A stretch of 56,804 bases of DNA. It comes from a virus (lineage: Duplodnaviria > Caudoviricetes). The position numbers and the translations under genes were made by a program. The stretch is from IMG/VR virus record IMGVR_UViG_3300032318_001198, positions 1-56,804 of that record; one strand, given 5' to 3'. How positions within the stretch are numbered: the first letter of the stretch is position 1; each line of letters begins with the position of its first letter. Below the pieces are notes generated by a model that was given only the letters and a program-made list of their open reading frames with translations, ran no database searches and had not been told where the DNA came from. Below are positions 1 to 8,526 of the stretch, piece after piece.

Positions 1-14
1 CGGCTTCGCCACCC
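1..14. repeat. Left copy of 14-bp terminal direct repeat CGGCTTCGCCACCC (putative cos end)
   Basis: Identical to 56791-56804; reverse complement GGGTGGCGAAGCCG matches lambda cohesive end GGGCGGCGACCT at 8 of first 9 positions. Confidence 0.85.
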
Positions 15-91
15 TGCTGTCCCTTATGTTTGTAAAAGTTATCTACTCCTTTTTTATTTTGAAATGCTATGCTCATATACTTATCTTATCT

Positions 92-568
92 CTACACTAT
101 AACTACTTGTCGACTCTTGGCTATCTTCTTGTCTAGTGCATTGCGTCTTAATACAAACTGCTTGGTCTTTGCCTTCCTTAAAGGACAAGACATTGCTAAG
201 TTATAATCTATTGTCTTGTAACACTTATTGAGTAGGCGTGCTATAGCGTTCTTGTTTATCCCTTGGGAATATAATGATCTAATTACTTTTCTTCTAAGCT
301 CTACTAGGGGTGCGTCCCTTTGGGTTGATCTTAATTGTTCTAACTGAATAGGGTTAAAGTTTGTTTCTAGGTATACCCCCCCTTGCTTTTCTAGGCTATC
401 AAATAAAGTGCCCCTTATCTCTGTGGTCTTAAGTGGGTTAGCTAGGGTAAGTAGATAGAGCTTAGTAGTTAGTTCTTGGGTCTTTTGCTCTAGTGCATTG
501 ATACGTTCTAGTGCTAGGGCTAGGGCGTGCCTTAGTGGGGTGTCAGAGGGGCTACGTATATTGTCCAT
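92..568 (-). CDS. Putative HTH DNA-binding protein
   Basis: N-terminal coiled coil; LYSQGINKNAIARLLNKCYKTIDY looks like an HTH. Confidence 0.5.
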   Translation of the reverse strand: MDNIRSPSDTPLRHALALALERINALEQKTQELTTKLYLLTLANPLKTTEIRGTLFDSLEKQGGVYLETNFNPIQLEQLRSTQRDAPLVELRRKVIRSLYSQGINKNAIARLLNKCYKTIDYNLAMSCPLRKAKTKQFVLRRNALDKKIAKSRQVVIV

Positions 569-1119
569 TACTTGTCGCCTAGGGTGAATCGTGGGGCATC
601 GTCGAGCATTTCTAGGGTATCTAGGAATGTTTTCTTGAAGAGTGTCTGAACGCTTAGGGGTGCAGGGAGTGCTAGTACTAGGCTCCCATATAGGTAGGTT
701 GGTGAGTTAAAGTGGGGTGGGAACTGAGTGCTTTGGTCTATCTCTGATATAATTACTTCCTTAAGGTCGCCAAGGGCTGTGATCTTATCAGAATATGATG
801 CGTATAGCATACCAGCATTGTAAAGCTTCCTCTCCTGCTCGATAGTTCCTTCTCTCGCATCGTTAGAGTCCCACAGTTCAAAAGGTGTTAAGAGAGGCTC
901 AAAACGCAAGAATAAAGGCCAATTCTTGCCTTTGTCTTCAACGTAGTAGTAGTTCGTCCCACCCTCACTAGTCTCGTCTTCGAAACTCGCAATCATATCT
1001 CTTTTTACTTTTGTTACAGTTCCCCACACTCCAGCGAAGTTGAAATAGCCTCCTTGTCTTAGTGTCGCACCCAACATCATCCACTCATCACCCATCGTTC
1101 TGAATATGGTCGTGTTCAT
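568..1119 (-). CDS. Hypothetical protein
   Basis: 183-aa ORF, stop/start overlap with next gene. Confidence 0.6.
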   Translation of the reverse strand: MNTTIFRTMGDEWMMLGATLRQGGYFNFAGVWGTVTKVKRDMIASFEDETSEGGTNYYYVEDKGKNWPLFLRFEPLLTPFELWDSNDAREGTIEQERKLYNAGMLYASYSDKITALGDLKEVIISEIDQSTQFPPHFNSPTYLYGSLVLALPAPLSVQTLFKKTFLDTLEMLDDAPRFTLGDK

Positions 1120-1137
1120 TTGGTATAACGCATTACT

Positions 1138-1338
1138 TTATAGTTCATTTTTTGATTTCGTTAGCATTTCCCACTCAGCAGGGCGAGTATAGCCAAGTGA
1201 GAATATAAATCCTAGAACGAACCACCAAGGACTGTTTCCCATCACGAATACTACGTAGCCAGTACCACCTATGGTCATCGATAGAAAGAATATGATGTAG
1301 ATTAGATAAGTTACGACTTTAGTTAAATTTAATAGCAT
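1138..1338 (-). CDS. Small membrane protein
   Basis: Two hydrophobic segments. Confidence 0.5.
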   Translation of the reverse strand: MLLNLTKVVTYLIYIIFFLSMTIGGTGYVVFVMGNSPWWFVLGFIFSLGYTRPAEWEMLTKSKNEL

Positions 1339-2023
1339 ATATGTATTTAGCTACTCCTTTTTGGTAGGTTTTCTCCCAAGTTTCTTTGTTGCGTCTCATT
1401 CTGATTCCCTCAGTCATCCCGAGAAATTTCCAGTTGTCCGCCTTATAGATTGTGCCAGTACGAGGAGGTTCGACGAATGTAGCCATCCCAAGTAAAGTCT
1501 CCTTGTACTCGTTCGCATAGTCTTTCCTAGCTAGATTGCGGAATATCTTCAAGACTTTTGTGGCAAGATTCTTGTCGTTGCGAGTAAGCCTGAATACGTT
1601 GTTGACCACATATTGCTTCTCATCTGCTCCATCGAAGAACTCCTTGAACTTGAGATAGTTTTTGGGAGGACTAGAACAACCTATAATGCCAATAGCCTTC
1701 TTATCTAAGTAAACAAGGTAACAGAGGGCACGTCCTACGATTCCCTTCGACTCTGGATAGTGACTAAAGAATAGACTGCCAAACATTCCATTGCTCTTAC
1801 TGACTCGTTCCAAGAAAAGCCCATCTACGAAACACATCTCCTCTTGTGGTCTATCGTACATCCCCGAGTTTCCAGTCATCTTGTTAGGTCTGTCATTCTT
1901 GCAAGACGTGCAGATTAGCCTGCCGAAAGCTGAGTGGAGCCTGCCTTCTGCCCCACATTTGGAACATTGATGAGCTAAGAACTCTTTTTCTATTCTTTCG
2001 TCTTGGAGCTTGAATACTTCCAT
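1319..2023 (-). CDS. DUF4338/Mom-like GNAT-fold protein with N-terminal zinc ribbon
   Basis: CSKC..CTSC; HY..GR.L.YLV, NNVFRL, TFVEPPRTGTIYKADNWKFLG.T.G motifs typical of DUF4338/Mom-like proteins. Confidence 0.65.
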   Translation of the reverse strand: MEVFKLQDERIEKEFLAHQCSKCGAEGRLHSAFGRLICTSCKNDRPNKMTGNSGMYDRPQEEMCFVDGLFLERVSKSNGMFGSLFFSHYPESKGIVGRALCYLVYLDKKAIGIIGCSSPPKNYLKFKEFFDGADEKQYVVNNVFRLTRNDKNLATKVLKIFRNLARKDYANEYKETLLGMATFVEPPRTGTIYKADNWKFLGMTEGIRMRRNKETWEKTYQKGVAKYIYAIKFN

Positions 2024-2171
2024 ATCCTACCCTCCTTATCGAACCCTATTGATTTTTTCATCAGAAACGAATAAAGCTTATAGAATATAGAGAAATTATT
2101 TAGGATTGGGCAGTAGCAAACAATATGCCCTGCTAGGTAGAATAGGTACGATAATATGTAGCAGATAGCCC

Positions 2172-2309
2172 TCAATCGAATATACCATTACTTTCCCGCT
2201 CCTTGCGAATAGATGTTTCGAATCTGAAAAACGAAAAGTCCTTAATCTCGTCGTGCTCTTGGTCGGTTGGGGCTTCTATTTTTGGGTCTTTGGGTTCGTT
2301 TGTATTCAT
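2172..2309 (-). CDS. Small hypothetical protein (45 aa, not in ORF track)
   Basis: ATG overlaps upstream stop; MNTNEPKDPKIE...GIFD*. Confidence 0.4.
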   Translation of the reverse strand: MNTNEPKDPKIEAPTDQEHDEIKDFSFFRFETSIRKERESNGIFD

Positions 2310-2602
2310 ACTAATTGCTCCTCTGGTTGTTCTGCGAAGTTTTCTATATCTTCTGGTTCTTGTATCTCCTGAAATCTTTCTTGTTTGAATCCCCTTTCCA
2401 TATATGGGGCAACCTTACTTTTTGGATTGCCAATCTCCTCAAGCGTCACAGCAATTTGACCAGCTTCTCCGTCTATTCCAACTCCAACCCCGACATCTCG
2501 AATAGTGTATATTCTGTCTTTGATTGGTAAATGGGTATAGTAAATCATAATCTCTACTGGAAATTTATCATCCACACATACCACTTTTGAGCCAGTTCTC
2601 AT
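2306..2602 (-). CDS. Hypothetical protein
   Basis: ATGA-coupled ORF; G.KVVCVDD N-terminus common in phage proteins. Confidence 0.65.
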   Translation of the reverse strand: MRTGSKVVCVDDKFPVEIMIYYTHLPIKDRIYTIRDVGVGVGIDGEAGQIAVTLEEIGNPKSKVAPYMERGFKQERFQEIQEPEDIENFAEQPEEQLV

Positions 2603-3093
2603 TGCTTGTCGCCTAATTTTTGAATTAGTTTGTAAGAGAATAAAACTCTGTCGATGACTATTTTTGCCCTCTTGGACGGCTCCTTGGTTAAGAAGTTTCC
2701 AATCTTTCCAATCTTGTATGGAGGGACTCCAGCCTCGAGATTCTTGTCGAGGAACTTGTAGCCGTTATATTGCTCCTTAGTTGGGTCTGCAATCTCTAGG
2801 GTGTCCTTGTGAACTAGCCACCAATGCGTAGCCCTACCTCCTTCGTCCGTATAGATGGCGTAGTGGGGTTGCCATAGGCTCTTATCGAGCAAGTGCCACA
2901 AAGCCTCGCTAGCTACGTAGCAATGCCCATCCAGCGTTCCCTGCTCCGTCCTCCACCTCCCCCTTAGCAACTCTGGAGAGAGTGCTTTCTGCACCATTTG
3001 TCTCACTTCTTCGACTGAAAGGAGCGGGAGGGTTGGACTTGCACCACCATTTCCCTCTTGGAATAGAGGACGTTCTAGGATTGAACTACTCAC
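2599..3093 (-). CDS. Putative papain/transglutaminase-like Cys-His-Asp protein
   Basis: GHCYVASEALWHLL ... HWWL ... IADPTKEQ triad-like spacing. Confidence 0.45.
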   Translation of the reverse strand: MSSSILERPLFQEGNGGASPTLPLLSVEEVRQMVQKALSPELLRGRWRTEQGTLDGHCYVASEALWHLLDKSLWQPHYAIYTDEGGRATHWWLVHKDTLEIADPTKEQYNGYKFLDKNLEAGVPPYKIGKIGNFLTKEPSKRAKIVIDRVLFSYKLIQKLGDKQ

Positions 3094-3095
3094 GC
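3020..3095 (-). tRNA. Degenerate tRNA-Gly(TCC)-like element overlapping start of ORF 2599..3093
   Basis: Acceptor GCGTGAG/CTCCCGC (6/7), D stem GTTC/GAAC, anticodon stem TCCTC/GAGGG with 8-nt loop TATTCCAA, T arm GGTGG-TGCAAGT-CCAACC, ends TCCT. Confidence 0.6.
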
Positions 3096-3361
3096 ATCGT
3101 TACCTCGAGTATCGAACTAAAGTTTGGGTTGAGAGGTCTTCCAGTTTGTTCACAGAAGTAGTCTAGTCTTGATAGTGCTGATTTCGTATTTTCCTTGTCC
3201 TTGGTTGACCACTTGTGCCACGTCTCTCTCAAGCCCACCCTCATAATTACTCGTAGCATCTGACATTGATCTGCATTTGGAAATATCACCGCTTTTTGCA
3301 TAGGAGCCTTTGTTCTCCGCTTGCCCGAAACACCACAATGTTTCTGAATTACGTTTTTCAA
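3086..3361 (-). CDS. Hypothetical protein
   Basis: ORF in tightly packed operon. Confidence 0.55.
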   Translation of the reverse strand: MKNVIQKHCGVSGKRRTKAPMQKAVIFPNADQCQMLRVIMRVGLRETWHKWSTKDKENTKSALSRLDYFCEQTGRPLNPNFSSILEVTMRE

Positions 3362-3362
3362 T

Positions 3363-3602
3363 TTATAGTATCTCGCTTTCGTGTTCGATGAGAATTGCTA
3401 GCTCTCTTGTTTTTCCTTTGCCAGAGAAGTTCATTACCATAGGGAGCAAGTCCCTAAGAAATTTACCCCTCCGATTTGCAGTCACCCGAGCCAACTCAAC
3501 TATATCTTTCCTCAACTCGAGGGGAATTTCGCTGAGTCGTCTGATGGGGTACTGAGCAGTCGCACACTCCTCTGCGAACTGCATACGATGAAGTTTTTTC
3601 AA
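3363..3602 (-). CDS. Hypothetical protein
   Basis: ATGA-coupled ORF. Confidence 0.55.
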   Translation of the reverse strand: MKKLHRMQFAEECATAQYPIRRLSEIPLELRKDIVELARVTANRRGKFLRDLLPMVMNFSGKGKTRELAILIEHESEIL

Positions 3603-3967
3603 GGCTCACACTCCAGAGCAACCATAGCCATTTTTGAAACTTTCTCGTCTACCTCTGCTAGCTTGCGGAGATTCGCCTTGAGCCGTTTGTTGGACGCTTC
3701 CAAGGCTAGACAACGCAAGAAAAGTTCCTCGTTCTTTTTCCTCATACTCTCCAGTCCAGCTTGCAACACTTGGTCGCTTGCGGAGGAAAAGGTTCCCGAG
3801 GTGATAGCTGGGGTGATGCTCATTGTGTCTAGTAAACTATTGCACCGAGGAAGCTTGTTGGCAAGCTCCTTCGCAATGCTCGCTTTCAGTTGCGATAGAT
3901 GGAAATTGTTGCCACTCTTGAAGCTTGTCTCTGAGTATTCGATCTTCGGTACTGCATCTATAATCAT
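3599..3967 (-). CDS. Hypothetical coiled-coil protein
   Basis: GAGG SD upstream; C-terminal heptads. Confidence 0.55.
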   Translation of the reverse strand: MIIDAVPKIEYSETSFKSGNNFHLSQLKASIAKELANKLPRCNSLLDTMSITPAITSGTFSSASDQVLQAGLESMRKKNEELFLRCLALEASNKRLKANLRKLAEVDEKVSKMAMVALECEP

Positions 3968-4202
3968 CTTTCTGTGCCTCCTCGTTTTTGTTTAATTTGG
4001 TTTGTGATGATGCCAGCAAGTCAACGATGTATTGAGCAAGTTCGTGAGTGTCTTTTTGCTCTCTTGGGGAAACTCCTCGTAGATAAACTTTTAGAATCGC
4101 CTTACCCTCTGAGTCATAAATATCGTAATTTTGCGGTGAGGATGATGGGATTGATTTAGCAGTATGCCAAGGGTAATTGAATTTCGATGGTAGGCTATTC
4201 AT
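3837..4202 (-). CDS. Hypothetical protein (start revised to MNSLPSK)
   Basis: ATG overlaps stop of 4199..4393; PWH motif. Confidence 0.45.
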   Translation of the reverse strand: MNSLPSKFNYPWHTAKSIPSSSPQNYDIYDSEGKAILKVYLRGVSPREQKDTHELAQYIVDLLASSQTKLNKNEEAQKDDYRCSTEDRILRDKLQEWQQFPSIATESEHCEGACQQASSVQ

Positions 4203-4393
4203 ATAGTCTTGTGCCGTCCTAGCAAAGTAACTCCCTTGGATGGATGCTGACCTATCATAGAAGAGAGGCTTGCCTTGAGCTTCCACTCCAACTCCTCGTA
4301 GAAACTTTTCCCCACTCGAGAAAAGCCCTTGGAGCGAGTAGCTTTAGCCATCGACAAAGCCTCTCTCCTTACTGCCTTTTTATTGATCAACAT
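4199..4393 (-). CDS. Putative histone-fold protein
   Basis: Basic 64 aa; helix-SRV-long helix-G(V)TL pattern resembles histone-fold a1-L1-a2-L2. Confidence 0.5.
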   Translation of the reverse strand: MLINKKAVRREALSMAKATRSKGFSRVGKSFYEELEWKLKASLSSMIGQHPSKGVTLLGRHKTI

Positions 4394-4403
4394 TTTATCC
4401 CCC

Positions 4404-4586
4404 TTAGTTTGCGATATCTAGTAGATCAAGCGTGGCTCGCAAATCAAGCTGGTCAATCTCCAATTTGATTTGCTTCAAAACAATATAGGAACTTTCAAGT
4501 GCTCGAGTGGCGTGAAACAACTTCTGTCTCGTCTGAGCTAGTTCGGATTGTAGTTCTTTGATTTCTTGGTCTGAATTTATGTTCAT
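4404..4586 (-). CDS. Small coiled-coil protein (start revised to MNINSD)
   Basis: AACCAAGAAAG leader before ATG. Confidence 0.55.
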   Translation of the reverse strand: MNINSDQEIKELQSELAQTRQKLFHATRALESSYIVLKQIKLEIDQLDLRATLDLLDIAN

Positions 4587-4612
4587 TTTGGTTTTTCTTT
4601 CTTGGTTTGGAG

Positions 4613-4780
4613 TTAAACTTTGTAATGGGTTTGAGGCACTAGGATTTCGTAGCTTCCATCGCCATAACAAGAACGAAGCTCAAACTCCGAGCCGTCTAAA
4701 TTTAGTCTAGCCTCTTCGATTGTAGAGAAGTCTTGGTGAGAATAGTTCTTGTGATTTATTACGCAGTATGTGGTTTTCAT
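4613..4780 (-). CDS. Small hypothetical protein (55 aa, not in ORF track)
   Basis: MKTTYCVINHK...; same AACCAAAGAAAGG leader. Confidence 0.55.
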   Translation of the reverse strand: MKTTYCVINHKNYSHQDFSTIEEARLNLDGSEFELRSCYGDGSYEILVPQTHYKV

Positions 4781-4807
4781 TTGTTTGTTCCTTTCTTTGG
4801 TTTGGGT

Positions 4808-5011
4808 TTAGTAATCTATGCGGGGGAAGCAGTCCCGACGAGGGGAGGATTCAAGATACTTTGCATCTTCGGGATTCAACTCTGACCACGTTTTAGGGGT
4901 GTTAAGCTGGTCGGCAATCTGCTTAATTCCCTTGTATACGTCACAAAGCCTACGCAGTTCTGCATTCCGTTCTTCAAGATTCAACTCTGACCATTTTCTT
5001 TTAGTGTTCAT
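4808..5011 (-). CDS. Small hypothetical protein (start revised to MNTKRK)
   Basis: Leader motif; internal WSELN repeat. Confidence 0.55.
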   Translation of the reverse strand: MNTKRKWSELNLEERNAELRRLCDVYKGIKQIADQLNTPKTWSELNPEDAKYLESSPRRDCFPRIDY

Positions 5012-5042
5012 TTTATTAGTGCCTTTCTTGGTTAGTTGTTTC

Positions 5043-5246
5043 TTAACCGCATCCCGCATATTTACCGATCTCTAACTTTTCCCGAATTGCCAATAACGCT
5101 TCCACCTTTTTCTTGTCTTGACCAAAATCGGGTAGGTGAATGCCACTCGTCTCACCCTCGCCTAGATTAAGCTCAAGCGAGATGGATTTGAGGAGCAGAT
5201 CGATTTCGTCATATGTGAAACTTATTAGAGGTTCGAAGAATGCCAT
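5043..5246 (-). CDS. Small hypothetical protein (start revised to MAFFEP)
   Basis: Leader motif and promoter directly upstream. Confidence 0.55.
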   Translation of the reverse strand: MAFFEPLISFTYDEIDLLLKSISLELNLGEGETSGIHLPDFGQDKKKVEALLAIREKLEIGKYAGCG

Positions 5247-5287
5247 TTGGTTTGGTTTCCTTTCTTGGTTGGTTGTTTTGTAGAAGT

Positions 5288-5316
5288 AATCTACCAATTA
5301 CCAAGCTGGTTGGCAA
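5288..5316 (-). promoter_or_regulatory. Early sigma70-type promoter with operator
   Basis: TTGCCA-17-TAGATT; TGCCAA-CCAGC-TTGGTA dyad. Confidence 0.75.
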
Positions 5317-5429
5317 GAACTATTTTGTCCCTCGGTGAACAAGCTTGCGAGCCTATTCGTCTGAAATAATAATTAGCAATGTGAAGAATACTATGTAGCC
5401 GAATCCGCAAAGAAGCCAGATAGCGTTAC

Positions 5430-5855
5430 TCATCCGTGTACTTTTTCGAGCCAGTTGAAACTAGGGAAGGAGTCGTAGGGTCTGCGAAACTCATCAGTCC
5501 CATTAAACTCCTCTGATACGCAGTTTAGGACTTTTGCTGGTTGCCCCCATAGGGCAGTAAATCCGTGCCATAGGTTAGGAGGGATGGTTAGCACTTGGGG
5601 CTTGCTTGCCGTCATAAAGAACTTCCAACTCATATCCCTTTGCTCGTCGTAAATTCCTACCAGCATCGTTCCCTCTATGACGCAGAATCGATCAATCTGA
5701 ACCTTGTGTAAATGCCAAGCCTTTACTATGCCCGAAGCACAGCCAGTAATGTAAACTTGCTTTATCTGACCATTATAGGAGTGCCTAATGATTTCGTGAA
5801 GTACGCCCCTTCCGTCTACGAAAGTGGGTTTGTCCTCTATAAAAGGCTCATTCAC
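5430..5855 (-). CDS. rfbC: dTDP-4-dehydrorhamnose 3,5-epimerase-like cupin
   Basis: DGRG.L.E, KAWHLH..Q.D.F, IPP.LWHGF motifs. Confidence 0.8.
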   Translation of the reverse strand: MNEPFIEDKPTFVDGRGVLHEIIRHSYNGQIKQVYITGCASGIVKAWHLHKVQIDRFCVIEGTMLVGIYDEQRDMSWKFFMTASKPQVLTIPPNLWHGFTALWGQPAKVLNCVSEEFNGTDEFRRPYDSFPSFNWLEKVHG

Positions 5856-6160
5856 TTGCTTTTAGCCATCTCAGTAAGGATGTTTTCTAATGCCCACACC
5901 GCTTTGTCGTAAGCCGTCATATTTTTGTTGGCGTGCTGGATTAGAACTTCCGTGGAGGTCTCGTCGATGTCCACGTCCACTCGTACCATTGCTACTTTTT
6001 GTGATCTACCAAAATGTACGTAGCCCCCACCTTTCTTAGCAGGGATTTGCTCGCTCCCGCCTCTGGCAGAACGAAGTGTTTTGACTTTTTGGCCTTTGCC
6101 TTTGCAACAATCTTTTGATTTCTCTCCAGTACAGATTTTCTTGTTTTTTTCATTATTCAT
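5852..6160 (-). CDS. Hypothetical protein (start revised to MNNEKN)
   Basis: ATGA-coupled to upstream gene. Confidence 0.5.
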   Translation of the reverse strand: MNNEKNKKICTGEKSKDCCKGKGQKVKTLRSARGGSEQIPAKKGGGYVHFGRSQKVAMVRVDVDIDETSTEVLIQHANKNMTAYDKAVWALENILTEMAKSK

Positions 6161-6486
6161 AGTTTTTTCTTTAGGTCGATGAAGACTGGAGTGCCTTCGC
6201 CTACCCAAGCTCCGAGTTGATTAAAGTAGAAGTAATCCATCGCCTCTAATCCAGTCATTCCACTCTTCTTGAGTTTTTCGATGATCTTCCATTTATCGTA
6301 AGCAACAACCTCGTCCATATTCGCCCTCTCACACCAACCGATAATGCAGTCATTGAACCCATCCATTTTCATCGCTTCCGTCCTCTTGGGGCTGAGGGTC
6401 TGGATATCCGTATCGATTGATTCTTTTTGCTGAGGCGATGGCTTTTTCCTCGATAAAACTGATTTCGATTTCTTTCCCTTCTTCAT
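6157..6486 (-). CDS. Conserved phage hypothetical protein
   Basis: DGFNDCIIG...YD..KII..L...M...EA.DYF.FN.LGAWVGE.TP.F pattern; true start probably later. Confidence 0.7.
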   Translation of the reverse strand: MKKGKKSKSVLSRKKPSPQQKESIDTDIQTLSPKRTEAMKMDGFNDCIIGWCERANMDEVVAYDKWKIIEKLKKSGMTGLEAMDYFYFNQLGAWVGEGTPVFIDLKKKL

Positions 6487-6583
6487 CCTTCGCTCTTAGT
6501 ACTCGTTGCTTTCCGTCTTGGCAAGCGATTTCCGCACAGATTCTTTTTCCGTTGTCGCTAAACCAGACTATCGTTTTCGCCAT
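6350..6583 (-). CDS. Hypothetical protein
   Basis: ORF fills gap in operon. Confidence 0.4.
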   Translation of the reverse strand: MAKTIVWFSDNGKRICAEIACQDGKQRVLRAKDEEGKEIEISFIEEKAIASAKRINRYGYPDPQPQEDGSDENGWVQ

Positions 6584-6584
6584 T

Positions 6585-6863
6585 CTATTCTAACCCCATC
6601 GTTTCGCAGAGTTCTTCCGTGATGAAAGAAAATCCCACCGCTAGGATTATTGACCGCATAGGTTCTGCAATAGTTTCTTGTATGATAGATTTCTTAACTT
6701 CCCAAATTTTCTTGTTCCTCTTTGGATTAGCCTCTGACCCATTCTTAATCCCAAGGAGCCATATCGAGCCATTCTTAACGTGTTCTCCGCAGTCCTCGCA
6801 TAGCTCGCTATTCTTGGCAAAGGGTTCTTTCTGACACACCGAGCACAGAAGGTCTTTATTCAC
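6585..6863 (-). CDS. Zinc-finger-like hypothetical protein
   Basis: CSVC..CEDC. Confidence 0.55.
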   Translation of the reverse strand: MNKDLLCSVCQKEPFAKNSELCEDCGEHVKNGSIWLLGIKNGSEANPKRNKKIWEVKKSIIQETIAEPMRSIILAVGFSFITEELCETMGLE

Positions 6864-7179
6864 GTCCTAGTTCCTCTGCCAATAACCACGCTGGCTTGGG
6901 CATCAAACCGCATTCTACTGCCCACCTACGCTCTTTGTGTGCCTTATCGTGACACTTGCGACAAAGTCCTATCCAATTCTTCACGTCATTCAATAGTTTG
7001 CCAACCCTGCCTAGTTTATGATGTATGTCCGTAGCAGGAAACCCACACCACCAGCATTTAGGGTTTTTGAGTAAGTACTCTTTACGTAGTTTAGTGTAGG
7101 TCTTGTTATCCTTAGCCCTTTTAGCCGTTGCGAACCTCATTTCATCTCTCGCTTTCTCTTCCGCAAGTAGTCTATCCAT
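6856..7179 (-). CDS. HNH endonuclease (NinG-like)
   Basis: CWWC..ATDIHHK..GR..N.IGLCRKCH..H. Confidence 0.8.
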   Translation of the reverse strand: MDRLLAEEKARDEMRFATAKRAKDNKTYTKLRKEYLLKNPKCWWCGFPATDIHHKLGRVGKLLNDVKNWIGLCRKCHDKAHKERRWAVECGLMPKPAWLLAEELGRE

Positions 7180-7370
7180 TCCTCGGATGCTTTCTTGGCC
7201 TCGTCAAATTTCTTGAACGAATAGACTAATGGTGGAGGAATCCCACCCATTGAATATCGATCTCCGAGTGGCTCGTCTGAGTTGTCGGTTCGTATGTAAA
7301 GCTCCCAATTCCCATCTCCATCTGGACAAGGGTATACATCAATATCGCTTAGGAACTTTAAGCTATTCAT
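7137..7370 (-). CDS. Hypothetical protein
   Basis: ORF in operon. Confidence 0.5.
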   Translation of the reverse strand: MNSLKFLSDIDVYPCPDGDGNWELYIRTDNSDEPLGDRYSMGGIPPPLVYSFKKFDEAKKASEEWIDYLRKRKREMK

Positions 7371-7985
7371 TTATAGTGACTTGTAAATCTCGACTATTGG
7401 CTCGAGGTCTTTCTTTATCAATACCTTCCTTTCGTTACTCCAGTTCTCGATGGGGTTTTTCCTGACCTCCTGTTTGAGCCAACGCAAGCCTTCCTGTGTC
7501 CAACTCACTAGATTGAAGCTTTTACTATACGTATCCTCCTCGGAATACTCAGCGAGACTTTTCCTCATATTTACTCGCAGTTCCGATACAGTCCACTCCT
7601 GCTCCAATGCTTTTGTTAGCCATACCTTCTGATCTTCTGGAGACAAGGGACATACTTCCCGATGGTGACTCCAAGAGAGTCCATACACTCGATTAGCCGA
7701 TGGGATTTTGCCCGATACGAAGTTGCAAGCCTTCAAGTAGTCTTGACGATGATTAGTGATTGTCTCAGCTTGAGAATACTTTTGTCCGTAGTTATGCTCA
7801 CCGAACACTAACCAATCGCCAATCCACCAGTTCAGCGAGGACTCCATTCCAGTTAGAAGCTTTCCAGCCTCTAGCCATTGTTCGATGGTATGCTCTCCTT
7901 CGATGATTAGTTCGAGGGGATTGAACTTGAATCCGTTGAGTTGTAGCTGTGTACTCGTAGCACAAACTATATTATTTTTTTTCAT
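7371..7985 (-). CDS. LmbU-like DNA-binding protein
   Basis: WWIGDWLVFGE..YG.KY, LSWSHHREV, WL..A....WTVSELR. Confidence 0.6.
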   Translation of the reverse strand: MKKNNIVCATSTQLQLNGFKFNPLELIIEGEHTIEQWLEAGKLLTGMESSLNWWIGDWLVFGEHNYGQKYSQAETITNHRQDYLKACNFVSGKIPSANRVYGLSWSHHREVCPLSPEDQKVWLTKALEQEWTVSELRVNMRKSLAEYSEEDTYSKSFNLVSWTQEGLRWLKQEVRKNPIENWSNERKVLIKKDLEPIVEIYKSL

Positions 7986-8511
7986 CTTTTATTTTCCTAT
8001 GGTTAGCGAGTCTATATGATTCCCTAGATAACTGACTCTTCATCAATCTAGGGGGTGGCAGATCAAGTTTTTCGCAAAGCTGAACAAGTTGCTTGTCCAA
8101 AGCCTGCTTAGAGATTCCGTACTTTTTAGCTAAGTCTGTTAGAGTAATCCCTTGACGTAGTCGTAAGCCAGTCGCACAAGCGTACAAATCTGCCGTTTTC
8201 CTAGGATTGGATGAGTCCACAATGTTCCCCAAAACTTGTGATATTGCTTCCCAAACTCGTTCGGATAAGGAACTTTCAACATATTGGGTAAGGGCTTTTT
8301 CCACGGAGGTATGATTAGTGGATTGCGATATTGCTGACAAGTAAATCTTTTCGACAACCATTCTGAATCCCACCAATGTCGTCGGTAGTTCGGCATCGAA
8401 AGCATAAATCCTTTCCCTAATGAGGTCTTCGATTGTGTCGATCTTTTCGCTGGGGTCATCTCTATATGACGCACTCGGCAGTAAACTAGGGTCAATGCCC
8501 TTTTCGTCCAT
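7972..8511 (-). CDS. HTH protein (sigma region-4-like), candidate transcription regulator
   Basis: C-terminal ITLTDLAKKYGISKQALDK. Confidence 0.6.
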   Translation of the reverse strand: MDEKGIDPSLLPSASYRDDPSEKIDTIEDLIRERIYAFDAELPTTLVGFRMVVEKIYLSAISQSTNHTSVEKALTQYVESSLSERVWEAISQVLGNIVDSSNPRKTADLYACATGLRLRQGITLTDLAKKYGISKQALDKQLVQLCEKLDLPPPRLMKSQLSRESYRLANHRKIKDEKK

Positions 8512-8526
8512 CTGATTAGTCTTAGA

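Noticed and set aside
1-800. Stop-codon reassignment suggested by TAG/CTA richness
   Set aside because: Genes are full length and tightly packed in the standard code; TAG ends several genes
3020-3095. Canonical functional tRNA-Gly
   Set aside because: Lacks D-loop GG and TTC T-loop, has 8-nt anticodon loop and no CCA; kept only as tRNA-like
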